From Bryobacterales bacterium (GTDB lineage: Bacteria > Acidobacteriota > Terriglobia > Bryobacterales > UBA6623): a DNA stretch of 64,000 nt. Numbering within the stretch: position 1 is the first letter of the stretch; every line of letters begins with the position of its first letter. Where the stretch lies: assembly GCA_965207255.1 (NCBI GenBank), contig OZ242276.1, positions 1,017,692-1,081,691 on the forward strand. The letters run 5' to 3'. The notes under the pieces were generated by a model. That model saw only the letters and a program-made list of their open reading frames with translations. It searched no databases and had not been told where the DNA came from. Both the position numbers and the translations under genes were made by a program. This document shows, piece after piece, positions 20,671-29,909 of the stretch.

Positions 20671-20751
20671 TCACAACCACTCGCCGTTGCGCCGCCAGAT
20701 ACGTGCCAAGCCGAACCCGCTCAGTCCTGCCACGACCGCGGCCATCGCCGC
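20671..20751 (-). pseudogene. Duplicated 3' fragment of the sodium:solute symporter gene
   Basis: Near-identical to 23999-24079, the C-terminal codons of the full symporter gene. No upstream coding continuation. Confidence 0.7.
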
Positions 20752-20799
20752 AACCAGGTCGCCTTGGACGGCCTGTCGTGGTCCGCACCTCCCCGGCGT

Positions 20800-20915
20800 C
20801 CGAGCGGTTGGGGCCCACCGACACCGTGCGCACCTACCAGCGCCTCAGTACTGTCGAGTGCGCCTTCCGCAGCTTCCGGACGGTGGACCTGAATGTCCGC
20901 TCACTCTACCCGTAG
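20800..20915 (+). pseudogene. IS4/IS1634-like (DDE_Tnp_1) transposase C-terminal scrap
   Basis: 'YQRLSTVECAFRSFRTVDLNVRSLYP' resembles the conserved 'Y..L..VE..FR.LK...L..RP.YH' block. It begins immediately after the end of repeat copy A. Confidence 0.5.
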
Positions 20916-21063
20916 CAATTGTCGAGGCAGACCGCGTAGGTGGCTTCCATGGATGCCCCGGTTGCCGGAACGACTGCCAACAAGGCTAGCGCCCAAAGGA
21001 GCCCCTGCCTGTCATCCGTTGGCGACTGACTAAGCAAGAACGCGGCGCCGAATCCGGCAGGCA

Positions 21064-21843
21064 TCAGAAGACGACGGCAAGCAGAGCTTGAACCCGGGCC
21101 CTTGGCGCGCTCTCAGGATGTGCCACTCCGGCGGCCCAACGCGTGTAGCGCACTTGGGGCGTGAGAGCCCAGCGGCGCGATCGGAACAGGTCGAAGCCGC
21201 AGGCGGCAACCACTCCGTAGCGAGGCTCGTGCCAGCGTTCTCTCAGCACCCGGAACGTTGGACCGAAGCCGACGAATGGCCGCCGCGGCGCTGTCTCGAA
21301 TCGATAGGTCACGATTGTCGGCACCTCTAGGAATCCCCGAGGAGACTCTCGGTAGAAGGTGCCGGAGTACTGTTCCGCCGGTTCGCCGTACTCTACCTCG
21401 GAGGTAACCGTGGTGGGCAGCAACCGGTACGAAAGGCCGGCCTGCAGCGAGAACCCGCGGCCCAAGCGCCGCGCCGCGAAGGCGCTGGCAAGCGGCGAAA
21501 CGGATCCGTGCCGAACGTGCTCTGTCGATGTAGACGTGACCATTAGCGGGGGGAGCGGGGGGGGCTGACCGAACTCCGCGACAGAATTGGTGGACGTCGT
21601 GCTGCCGGTCCGCGCTGGGGCCAGGCTGGCCCCAGCCATGATGCCGAACGAGAACCGCTTCGAAACGGAACCTCCCGCGGCGCGCCGGTTGTCGGCCGCA
21701 GCCTCTCCGGAAATCGCAGGGGGGCCGTGAAGCGCCACCTCAGGATTCTGGGTCGATTCCGCTGCTGTGTCGCTGCCTTGGGCGGAGCCCGCAAGAGCCG
21801 CCAACAGCATCAGTGCGGTGACCGAAATCGTCTTGCCGAGCAT
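21064..21843 (-). CDS. Putative outer-membrane beta-barrel protein
   Basis: Signal peptide 'ALMLLAALAGSAQG', alternating hydrophobic pattern, C-terminal aromatic residue ('..LLAVVF'). Confidence 0.5.
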   Translation of the reverse strand: MLGKTISVTALMLLAALAGSAQGSDTAAESTQNPEVALHGPPAISGEAAADNRRAAGGSVSKRFSFGIMAGASLAPARTGSTTSTNSVAEFGQPPPLPPLMVTSTSTEHVRHGSVSPLASAFAARRLGRGFSLQAGLSYRLLPTTVTSEVEYGEPAEQYSGTFYRESPRGFLEVPTIVTYRFETAPRRPFVGFGPTFRVLRERWHEPRYGVVAACGFDLFRSRRWALTPQVRYTRWAAGVAHPESAPRARVQALLAVVF

Positions 21844-21993
21844 GTTTTCCTCGCGGAACCGTTTCCGGCCCGTCTATCTTCTTAGACGCTTGGGACACGC
21901 ATGCGTCACAGTTGTTTCGTGACTGCCCAGGCACGCGCGCCAGAAAGCACTAGCCCATGTTTGACGTGCGCCGTGGAAAGGCGCTGTGTCCTA

Positions 21994-22018
21994 GCGGGTT
22001 CAAATCCCGCCCGGCAAC
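21994..22018 (+). other. tRNA 3'-end-like fragment (T-arm plus 3' acceptor strand), possible att-site scar
   Basis: 'GCGGG TTCAAAT CCCGC CCGGCAA C' is a canonical T stem-loop plus 7-nt acceptor strand. No complementary 5' acceptor strand, D arm or anticodon arm lies upstream. Confidence 0.4.
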
Positions 22019-22136
22019 TGTTGCTCCAGCCGCTAGCAATTGGAGCGGTTCGAGGAGGTAACGACACGGACTGAAGCTGATGTCGTGCAGGCATGGCTGG
22101 CGTTGAGCGCCATCGGGGCGTCGCACCCGCGCTGCC

Positions 22137-23216
22137 TTGCGAACCGCTTCGAAGGCCCCTTGCACGACCCGCATGTTGAGCGGTGTTCCGTCCCGATTCG
22201 TGAAGAGTGCGGATTCTGCACTGCCAGGGACTCGATCCCGCTGCCGGGATGAGTCGTACGCGGCAAGATGGCGTGCAGGGGCGGCACTGATCGGCAGGCG
22301 CTGCAGCGAAGCAGAGCTGATCGAGTTAATCGATCAACTGCTAGAAGCCGAACGTCCTCGCGCTGCATTCCATAGCGCAAGTTTCGCTTGGCCGCTGATC
22401 GCGACGTCACGGCTGAAGCGTCTTCTCGGTGCCGTTGCGACCGTGGCCGCAGAGCCCGAGGAGCACTACCGACTCGATCCCTACCACCTCTCCAAGGCCC
22501 TGAAGACACTAAGTGGTCGGCCCAATGTCGGGCGGGATGAGATGGCACAGCTTGAGTTCCTATACTTCGATGCGCTTGACCGCAGCGAACATGGAATTCC
22601 CAATCTAGACCGACAAATCGTCGAATCGCCGACCCTATTCGTTGAAATTCTGGCTCTTGCGTACAGGCGACGCGATGGCGGACAGGATCCCCCGAAATGG
22701 CGTATAGACGACCGCGGGTAACGTGCCGCCACGGCCGCCTCTTTCCGTCGGCTCTTGGATCGAATTGACCATGTCCCTGGTAGCGGGACAGACGGAAGAG
22801 TCACCACCTAGGTGCTATTGGTCTGGGTGAAAGAAGTGCGGAGGCTCTGTGCTACTACACACGACCGCGTTGAGATCGGTGACCAACACATCGGTCAGCT
22901 TCTTTCAAGGGCAGCCGCCGACCCGGATGGCAAGCGGCCGTCCTCACCAGTCTGCGAAGTGATGGAAGAGATTGCCTCCCAACAGATGGGCGTCGGCTAT
23001 TCCATCGGCGTTCAAAACGCGAGAGGCGTGGAGTTGCGCGGGAAGGGTGGGGCGCAGGAACGCGATCTTGCAGCAGAGTATCGGAGGCTCGCGAAACAAT
23101 GCGCCTTCGATTTCCCGTTTGTGAGCGGCGTCCTAGAAAGCGTCGCGGCCGACTATGAATGAATGGCGAAGTGGCGGGACGATGAAGCGGAGATCGAAAT
23201 GCGGCGAGAGCATTGA
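22137..23216 (+). pseudogene. Degraded gene of unknown function, one frame interrupted by TAA, TAG and TGA
   Basis: ORFs 22137-22721 and 22812-23162, plus a 17-codon tail (23163-23216, 'MAKWRDDEAEIEMRREH'), are all in the same frame. They are separated only by in-frame stops at 22719, 22809 and 23160. Confidence 0.55.
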
Positions 23217-23225
23217 GGTTGAGGC

Positions 23226-24079
23226 GCGTGTGACGGGCAACTAGACCGTAGCACGTGCCGTGTTCGCCGGCATTGCAGCGAGCCTACCCGGTTGCCATTT
23301 TCAACAGGTTGAGGACGGTTCTCCAGTTTCGGAATGTCACTCGCGTCCCAAGCATCCGCTCCACGTAGCCCGTTGTGAGCCGAGTTCGTGCCATCCCATT
23401 TGGCAGGCGCATGTAGATCTCCCGCCCACGGACGACAAACTCATCGAGCGGAGACCGGTCCGGGTCGAGGTTGGAGACCGCATCAGATGATGGCCGGTCG
23501 GCGAGGAAACCCACGTGCAGGATGCGGGTCCCCTGCGATTCGCCCGGAAACGGATTCGCCTCGACCGCTTGAGCCAACTCGTCGACAGACCGCAGAACGA
23601 TTGGGATGTCGGTCCCAATCCGGGCGGAGACCGCCGCCGCGACGGTTTCACGGGCTGCTAGCGAGACAGCGGGGCTCGCGGCAAAGACGACGTTCCCGCT
23701 TTGGATGTAGGTTCGCACGCAAGTGCAACCGGCGTCCTCGAACATCCGAGCGAGCTCATCCATCGGCAGGCGGTTCCTGCCGCCGACGTTGATCCCTCGT
23801 AGCAAAGCGACATTGGTGCTGCGGCTGTTTGCGGAATTGAGCATCGGCGCAATCTACTTCGTTCGCGGCGAGAGTGTCAGCCGAGCGCCCTGGCACCACC
23901 GCCGGGCCACAGATTCAGCAGTGCCCGACCTGCTGCCGCAACGCTCCCCAGCTGATGACCGCACAAGATCCGAATGTGCCAGGCCTCTCGGCAAGAGGTC
24001 ACAACCACTCGCCGTTGCGCCGCCAGATGCGTGCCAAGCCGAACCCGCTCAATCCTGCCACGGCCGCGGCCATCGCCGC
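23226..24079. repeat. Direct repeat copy B of 19897-20751
   Basis: See copy A. The offset is ~3329 bp. Confidence 0.85.
23284..23844 (-). CDS. DUF1697 family protein (paralogue B)
   Basis: 13 substitutions in 186 aa relative to paralogue A (counted from the supplied translations). The ORF is intact. Confidence 0.75.
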   Translation of the reverse strand: MLNSANSRSTNVALLRGINVGGRNRLPMDELARMFEDAGCTCVRTYIQSGNVVFAASPAVSLAARETVAAAVSARIGTDIPIVLRSVDELAQAVEANPFPGESQGTRILHVGFLADRPSSDAVSNLDPDRSPLDEFVVRGREIYMRLPNGMARTRLTTGYVERMLGTRVTFRNWRTVLNLLKMATG

Positions 24080-25771
24080 TCGGGCGATTTCCCCGTACAG
24101 CATGAATCCGGTCGTGAACAAGAGAGCGTAGATTCCCGTCGAACCAAGCAGCGAAGCCAGCAAAGGAACGATCAGACCGCCGCTTCGGTCAGCGCTGACG
24201 TCGGCCCCGGCCATGCGAGCGACTCGCTTCCAGCCGGGTCCGGCAGGTCGGATCTTGCGATAGAAGCCGACCAAGGTCGCTTCATCGCTCGGAGGGCCCA
24301 AGTACACGAATGGCAGCCAACAACCTGTGGTCAACGCCACGCCAATCACAAGCTGCTGCCATGCGCCCAATCCAGTGTCCAGCATCGGCAAGATCAGGGC
24401 AATCGAGAACGATGCGAGCATCGCGGCCAGTTCGGTGGCGGCGTTGATGCGCCACCAAAACCAGCGCAGCAGAAACAGCAAGCCCGTCCCCGCACCGATC
24501 TGCAACAAGATCTGGAACACCTCCAGAGCACTCTCGATGGTTAGCGAAACAGCGCACGCGAGCACCATCAGCAGGACCGTGAACCAGCGCCCTGCCCAGA
24601 CCAACTGCCCTTGGCTGGCATCGGGACGCAGGAAGCGCCGGTACACATCGCCGACCAAGATCGACGAGCCCCAATTCACTGAGGTCGACATCGTCGACAT
24701 GTAGGCGGCAGCCAGCGACGTGACCACCAAGCCCAGCAGGCCTGGCGGCAGAAATGTCAGCATCGCCGGGTAGGCCAGGTCATTCCGCACCACGTCAGCA
24801 GACACGTGGGGGAAGCGCAGCTGGATGCTGTCGAGATCTGGAAATACGATCAGCGAAGCCAGGGCCACGACAATCCACGGCCACGGTCGCAAGCCGTAGT
24901 GCAGCACGTTGAACAACAGCGTCGCGCCGAGCGCGTGCGACTCGTTCTTGGCCGATAGCATGCGCTGGACGAGGTAGCCCCCGCCTCCGGGTTCCGATCC
25001 GGGGTAGTAAGCAGCCCACCACTGCACCAACAGAGGGACCAAGAATACCGGCGCCAGGTCAGTCCAAGACGTCGTCTCCAGCGATGGCCAGAAGGCCGTC
25101 CGCTGGCGCACGGCTTCGTGCGCCAGCAAGCCACTCAGCCCGCCAACTTCGGGCAACCGCACGATGTACACGGTCGCTGCCACCGATCCGACCATGGCCA
25201 TACCGAATTGGACCAAGTCTGTCAGCAGCACTCCCTGAAGACCGCCTAGGGCGCTGTAGGCCAAGGTCACGCTGGCGGCCACGATTACCGTCTGGACCGG
25301 GCTCCAGCCAAACATCACCGAACCGATCTTGATCGCGGCGAGCGTGACCGCAGCCATGATCAAGACGTTGAACACCAAGCCTAGGTAAACGCCCCGGAAT
25401 ACCCGCAGGAAGGCCGCCGTCTTACCCGAGTAGCGCAACTCGTAGAACTCGACGTCCGTCGCGACACCCGAGCGCCGCCACAACTTGGCGTACAGAAACA
25501 CTGTCAGCATTCCCGAAAGCAGGAAGGCCCACCATGTCCAATTGCCCAGCACGCCATCGCGACGGACGATGTCAGTAACCAAGTTGGGAGTGTCTGTAGA
25601 AAAGGTCGTAGCGACCATGGAGACTCCCAGCAGCCACCACGGCTGGCGGCGGCCAGCCAGGAAGAACGACGAGAAATCGCTCGAGGCGTTCTTGGCAACG
25701 CGCAGCCCGACCGCCAGCGAGAAAGCGAGGAAGAGGGCGAGTATCAGCCAATCGACAGTCGTCAGGTGCAT
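23999..25771 (-). CDS. Sodium:solute symporter family (SSF) transporter
   Basis: ~13 TM segments with an SSF-like N-terminus ('DWLILALFLAFSLAVGL...FFLAGR'). Confidence 0.8.
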   Translation of the reverse strand: MHLTTVDWLILALFLAFSLAVGLRVAKNASSDFSSFFLAGRRQPWWLLGVSMVATTFSTDTPNLVTDIVRRDGVLGNWTWWAFLLSGMLTVFLYAKLWRRSGVATDVEFYELRYSGKTAAFLRVFRGVYLGLVFNVLIMAAVTLAAIKIGSVMFGWSPVQTVIVAASVTLAYSALGGLQGVLLTDLVQFGMAMVGSVAATVYIVRLPEVGGLSGLLAHEAVRQRTAFWPSLETTSWTDLAPVFLVPLLVQWWAAYYPGSEPGGGGYLVQRMLSAKNESHALGATLLFNVLHYGLRPWPWIVVALASLIVFPDLDSIQLRFPHVSADVVRNDLAYPAMLTFLPPGLLGLVVTSLAAAYMSTMSTSVNWGSSILVGDVYRRFLRPDASQGQLVWAGRWFTVLLMVLACAVSLTIESALEVFQILLQIGAGTGLLFLLRWFWWRINAATELAAMLASFSIALILPMLDTGLGAWQQLVIGVALTTGCWLPFVYLGPPSDEATLVGFYRKIRPAGPGWKRVARMAGADVSADRSGGLIVPLLASLLGSTGIYALLFTTGFMLYGEIARAAMAAAVAGLSGFGLARIWRRNGEWL

Positions 25772-25878
25772 GCGTCACCCCGTGGGGGGCGTGGACATTT
25801 TGGTGCCGCTACGAACGCGCCGAAAACCCTGATTGGCAGGCGCCTTGCGAGGCGTGCGAGCCGACCACCGCACCCAAG

Positions 25879-26808
25879 CTAGACACGCTTGACCGCCGCG
25901 ATCAGCCCCTTCAGCGAGTGCTCGCTGGCAGCAGCCTTGCTACCGCCCAACGTGTAGTGAGTTTCCAACGAGACCACGCCATCGAACCCGTCGCTCAGCA
26001 GCGCCCGGAGCTGGCCCACGTGATCGAACTCGCCATCGCCGACTCCGCACCATTCGACCTCGCCATCCGCCGTGTGCCGGTAATCACGGAAATGCACGTG
26101 CCAAATGCGGGAACTGTCAAGAGACTCGTAGCCCGCGGGAAACGGCTCGTCGTCTCCGGCCCGGGCGGAATTGTTCGGATCCCAGGTCAGGCCCAAGGCG
26201 GGCGAACGCACCTTCGCCAGTAGTTCAGCGGAATGAGCCGCGGTCTCGACGTAGCTCCCGGCTACGTTCTCGACAGCGAGGCGGAAGCCCGCCCGCTGGG
26301 CGCGCTCGGCGGACTCAGCAACCAGTTCGAAGATCCTCGGGTAGGCCACCGAGTCCGGCCGGCCGCCGCGCGGATAGGTGAACGCAAACGTCCGAATGAG
26401 GTTCGTGCCGAAGACCTCGGCCCGCTCGAACGCCCGCTCAAGCAAGTCCCACTGCTTCTGCAATGCCCGCGCACCATCGCCGGAATCGCTGTCCGGCAAC
26501 GGAACCTTGAAGAATCCTGTGTCGAGGATCGCGAGCCGAATGCCGGCGTCGTCCAGCAGAGTACGCGCATACTTGATCTTCTCGATCGGCCAGGACGTGT
26601 TGTACCGGCCCCACAACCCTCGAATTTCGCAGTATTCCAAGCCATGTCGCCCGAGGAAATCCAGAGCCACTCGAAGATCGTCGTCGATCTCGTCGGTGGT
26701 GACGGCCAAACGGATGGGCGGAGAGGCGTCCTTTGCAAACACATTGGCCAGACTGGCCGACAGCGCCACTCCGGCTCCGACGAATGCTCTTCTTGATGTG
26801 CGTGCCAC
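25879..26808 (-). CDS. Tat-exported sugar-phosphate isomerase/epimerase (xylose-isomerase-like TIM barrel)
   Basis: GTG start giving 'VARTSRRAFVGAGVALSA' (twin-arginine leader) and a TIM-barrel AP-endonuclease-2-like body. The longer ORF to 27018 is probably an artefact. Confidence 0.7.
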   Translation of the reverse strand: MARTSRRAFVGAGVALSASLANVFAKDASPPIRLAVTTDEIDDDLRVALDFLGRHGLEYCEIRGLWGRYNTSWPIEKIKYARTLLDDAGIRLAILDTGFFKVPLPDSDSGDGARALQKQWDLLERAFERAEVFGTNLIRTFAFTYPRGGRPDSVAYPRIFELVAESAERAQRAGFRLAVENVAGSYVETAAHSAELLAKVRSPALGLTWDPNNSARAGDDEPFPAGYESLDSSRIWHVHFRDYRHTADGEVEWCGVGDGEFDHVGQLRALLSDGFDGVVSLETHYTLGGSKAAASEHSLKGLIAAVKRV

Positions 26809-26828
26809 GGTTTTGGAGATTATAACTG

Positions 26829-29189
26829 TTGCCAACGATGAACCGTGGGATTGAAGTGGCCGGGCATCGCGCGACCGACTGTCTGCTGGGCGTGGCCGGC
26901 TGTTTGCTCGGTGCGTGGCTCGCGAACACGCTGGGCACCGCTTGCATGTGGGCCGTGCGAGTGGTCGGCGACGCCGAACTGATCGAGGGGCGTTTCGGCA
27001 CGGTGATAGCGCTGCCATCCAGTGCCCCTTGGATCATGCACGCACTGCGAGAGTTTGGCCCGCTGGCGCTCACAATGCTCGCCTTCGGGGCGGCAGCTTG
27101 GCTGGCTTGCCACGCGAAGCTGGCGCCCTCGCTCGCTGCCGCTTGCGCGGCATTCTGGCTCGGCACCTCGATCTGCGTCGACCTGTTGCGGTACGGGTGG
27201 ACCAACGGCGGACCCTTGGAACTGCTCTTACAGGCCTTGGGGATACCGCAGGGTGGGGAGCTTGTGCAGCAGGGGCTGGCAATCGTGCTCGTTTTCGGCA
27301 TCGCTCTGCTGCTGCGCTCCGGGCTGCGAGAATCGCAACTATTCCCGCTGAGCGCATTCGCCGTACCGGCTTGCCTAGTTCACTATCTGGTCTGGGATCC
27401 GCAGATCGACTCGCGGCTCTTGGCCCGCATCGGCGCAGGCTACGTTCCCGTGGTCTTGGCCGTTGCCACGGCAGCGTCGGCAACACTTCCTTGGCGAGTC
27501 TGGCAGCAGCCCTCCTTGCGCAGCGTGGCGATTCTGTCTGTGGCGGGTGCATTGGCAGTGGCCTTGCCAGTGCCAACTCCGACACGCGACGAAGCGGTTG
27601 CTTGGGCCGAAGTGACCTCTGAACATTGGAGCATCCGATTCGAGGAGTCTGGATTCACGCCGAAAGATCGCAACGACTGGATCGAGGGTGCCGACAAGCG
27701 ATTGTCGCTCTACCGAGAACGACTGGGCCTGCCCTCGATGCACGAGCCGATTCCCGTTCACGTGGTCGACTCAGAGGCCGCCATGAGCAGTCTAGGCGCT
27801 GGGCGCAGGACCGCAGATGGCTTCGCCTTGGACGCCAAAGGCGGCGCGATGCTGATGGGCACTCCTGATTTGTTGCCGGAAGATCCGCGCGCCGAGCCGC
27901 TACTGGCGATGCGCCAAGCTTGGGGCACGCCGGGGTCGGCACCAATGGCGCTGGCATTGGCTCGCTACGCCGTGGGCCAATACGACGGTTCAAGCTTGCG
28001 AGCGGCGGCTTCGCGTATTGCCTGCCAAGAGGCTCCCTACACAGCCGCAGCAGCGTTGGGCATCGCGAGTGGCTGGCGTTCCCCGCTGGCGCGCGATGCA
28101 GTTGGCGGCGCGTGGGTCGACAGTGTCGCCGCACGGCACGGAACGGCGATTCTTCAGACGCTGTACCGCCAGCCCGCGACTGCCTCGCTGCGGCTTTGCG
28201 CGGATTGCATTCCGCCTTGCGAGGCGGCCGCCATGCCAGCGCGTGCTCCGGAACGACCAGACACGTATTTCAAAGGCGTCTCGTTTTCGCACGAAGGCCG
28301 GGGCAGCGGCGGTTACGGCAGCCGGGCAGCCCTTCGAGAGCTGGGGCGCATTCGGGAGCACGGCGCGAATGCCGTGGCTCTGGTCCCGTATGCCTTCACG
28401 GCGGCCCCGAACGAGACGGCCATCCGATTCCAGACGCTGGAAACCGACGCAAGGCTCATGCGGTCAGCAGCGCGCGCCCGGCGGCTCGGACTCGCCGTCA
28501 TGCTCAAGCCGCATCTGTGGGCGGGCCGCCGATTTCACGGAGACATCTCGTTCCGGGACGAGGCCCGCTTCGACGCATGGTTCGAGGACTACCGGAATTG
28601 GATGCTCCACTATGCGCGCTTCGCGGAACTCCATGGCATCGAAGTATTGGCCGTTGGGAACGAGTTGGCCGGACTGACGGTGCGCGAGGACGCTTGGCGG
28701 GGCTTGATCGCCCAAGTCCGGCGGATCTACCGCGGGTCCTTGACGTACGCGGCGCACTGGGAGGAAGAACTCGAGCGGCTCTCATTCTGGGACGAGTTGG
28801 ACTATATCGGTGTCAACTTCTACTTCCCGATCGCAGCATCGGGCGAGGACCCCGAGCACGATTCCGCCGAAATCCTCGCGGCTAAGCGGCGGATCAACCA
28901 AGTTCAATCCCGCTTCCAGAAACCCGTGCTCTTCACGGAAGTCGGCTTCCCCGCCCTCGCCACAGCAGCCGCCCGACCGTGGGAGGAGAACAGCAGCGGC
29001 CTCGATGCCGACTTGCAGGCCCGCTGCTATGCAGTGTGGCTGGAACACTTCGCCCTCGCCCCAAACGCGCGGGGAATGTTTTGGTGGAAATGGCCCAGCC
29101 ATGGCCGGGGCAGTCCGTTTGACCCATCGCACCGGCCCCTTGCCAAGCCCGCGCTGCGCGTGCTCGGTGAGTGGTTCAAACGACTCTGA
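26829..29189 (+). CDS. Polytopic membrane protein with C-terminal clan GH-A-like (beta/alpha)8 glycoside-hydrolase domain
   Basis: ~250 aa hydrophobic N-terminus. The C-terminal third carries 'VGNELAG' (acid/base NE) and 'LFTEVGFPA' (nucleophile E) motifs in TIM-barrel spacing. Confidence 0.6.
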   Translation: MPTMNRGIEVAGHRATDCLLGVAGCLLGAWLANTLGTACMWAVRVVGDAELIEGRFGTVIALPSSAPWIMHALREFGPLALTMLAFGAAAWLACHAKLAPSLAAACAAFWLGTSICVDLLRYGWTNGGPLELLLQALGIPQGGELVQQGLAIVLVFGIALLLRSGLRESQLFPLSAFAVPACLVHYLVWDPQIDSRLLARIGAGYVPVVLAVATAASATLPWRVWQQPSLRSVAILSVAGALAVALPVPTPTRDEAVAWAEVTSEHWSIRFEESGFTPKDRNDWIEGADKRLSLYRERLGLPSMHEPIPVHVVDSEAAMSSLGAGRRTADGFALDAKGGAMLMGTPDLLPEDPRAEPLLAMRQAWGTPGSAPMALALARYAVGQYDGSSLRAAASRIACQEAPYTAAAALGIASGWRSPLARDAVGGAWVDSVAARHGTAILQTLYRQPATASLRLCADCIPPCEAAAMPARAPERPDTYFKGVSFSHEGRGSGGYGSRAALRELGRIREHGANAVALVPYAFTAAPNETAIRFQTLETDARLMRSAARARRLGLAVMLKPHLWAGRRFHGDISFRDEARFDAWFEDYRNWMLHYARFAELHGIEVLAVGNELAGLTVREDAWRGLIAQVRRIYRGSLTYAAHWEEELERLSFWDELDYIGVNFYFPIAASGEDPEHDSAEILAAKRRINQVQSRFQKPVLFTEVGFPALATAAARPWEENSSGLDADLQARCYAVWLEHFALAPNARGMFWWKWPSHGRGSPFDPSHRPLAKPALRVLGEWFKRL

Positions 29190-29909
29190 GGAAGGAGACG
29201 CCTTCTTAGCCAGGTACGCAGGTATTTCGGGCTAGTGCGCCAGCTTCGCGACACAGATGCCCAAACAGTACATCGGATTCCCGGCTGGCCGAGTTCCTTC
29301 GAGCATCCAGTGGGTCAAGGCACGCGGTCGCTGCTGTTTCACGGAATCCGCCTCGGGCATATCGGAATCTGGCGGATGGCCAAAGGCCGCCATCGAGCGG
29401 GTCGAGGCGCAGTTGCTTGGGCTGCGGATTGTTCATCCCGGCTTGGAATGCAACTCCCTCGGCAGCGGGCACTATCGGCACTGCCGGCGAATGGATCGAG
29501 CTGCACGCAGACGGCCAGCTGGTGAGGGCAGTCCACCGCCCGGGCCCCCAGTACCCGGCTGGGTAGGCACGGTTGACGGTCCGCCGCCTTTCGGTCCGTT
29601 GCATGGTGCTAGAGAGGAAGCGCTCGTCTCATAGGACCTACCTGCCTTGCCTTAGCTGGGACTTGTGAAGGCCCCTCACCAGCTCGATGACTCGGTCCGC
29701 CTTGCCTGAGAGGCCGGAGTGATGCGGGCGGCGAGACTGGGCGTTTTTTGAGCCGAGTTCCGGCTCGATTTGAGCGCTTGCACATCAGAAAATCCCAGCC
29801 GACTATGGTATCCTGTCTCCTAACAGGGCAATCCGCTTGCCCTGAATGTCGTCTCCTAGTTTCAATCTAGGGGGCCAAACTCCAATTCAACAGGAAGAAT
29901 TCCGCCCAG

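Larger units (their letters stand above)
19897..20751. repeat. Direct repeat copy A (~855 bp) of the segment 23226-24079
   Basis: Aligned by eye with one indel, and the encoded DUF1697 proteins are 173/186 identical. Covers the leader of the enolase-family gene, the DUF1697 gene, and the last ~27 codons of the symporter. Confidence 0.85.

Noticed and set aside
21920-22020. A complete tRNA (or tmRNA 3' end) at the T-arm-like sequence
   Set aside because: There is no 5' acceptor strand complementary to 'CCGGCAA' and no D or anticodon arms. The acceptor lacks the G-U/alanine features of tmRNA. It is kept only as a fragment.
29206-29640. Mutually overlapping ORFs (29257-29634 plus, 29206-29604 minus, 29235-29525 plus) between the GH-like gene and the RRM gene
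   Set aside because: None shows a recognisable motif and none is clearly better in codon pattern, so I cannot choose a strand. Left unannotated.
29700-29755. Intrinsic terminator at the T-run 'gggcgtttttt'
   Set aside because: No convincing GC-rich stem lies immediately 5' of the T-run, and no secure gene ends nearby.
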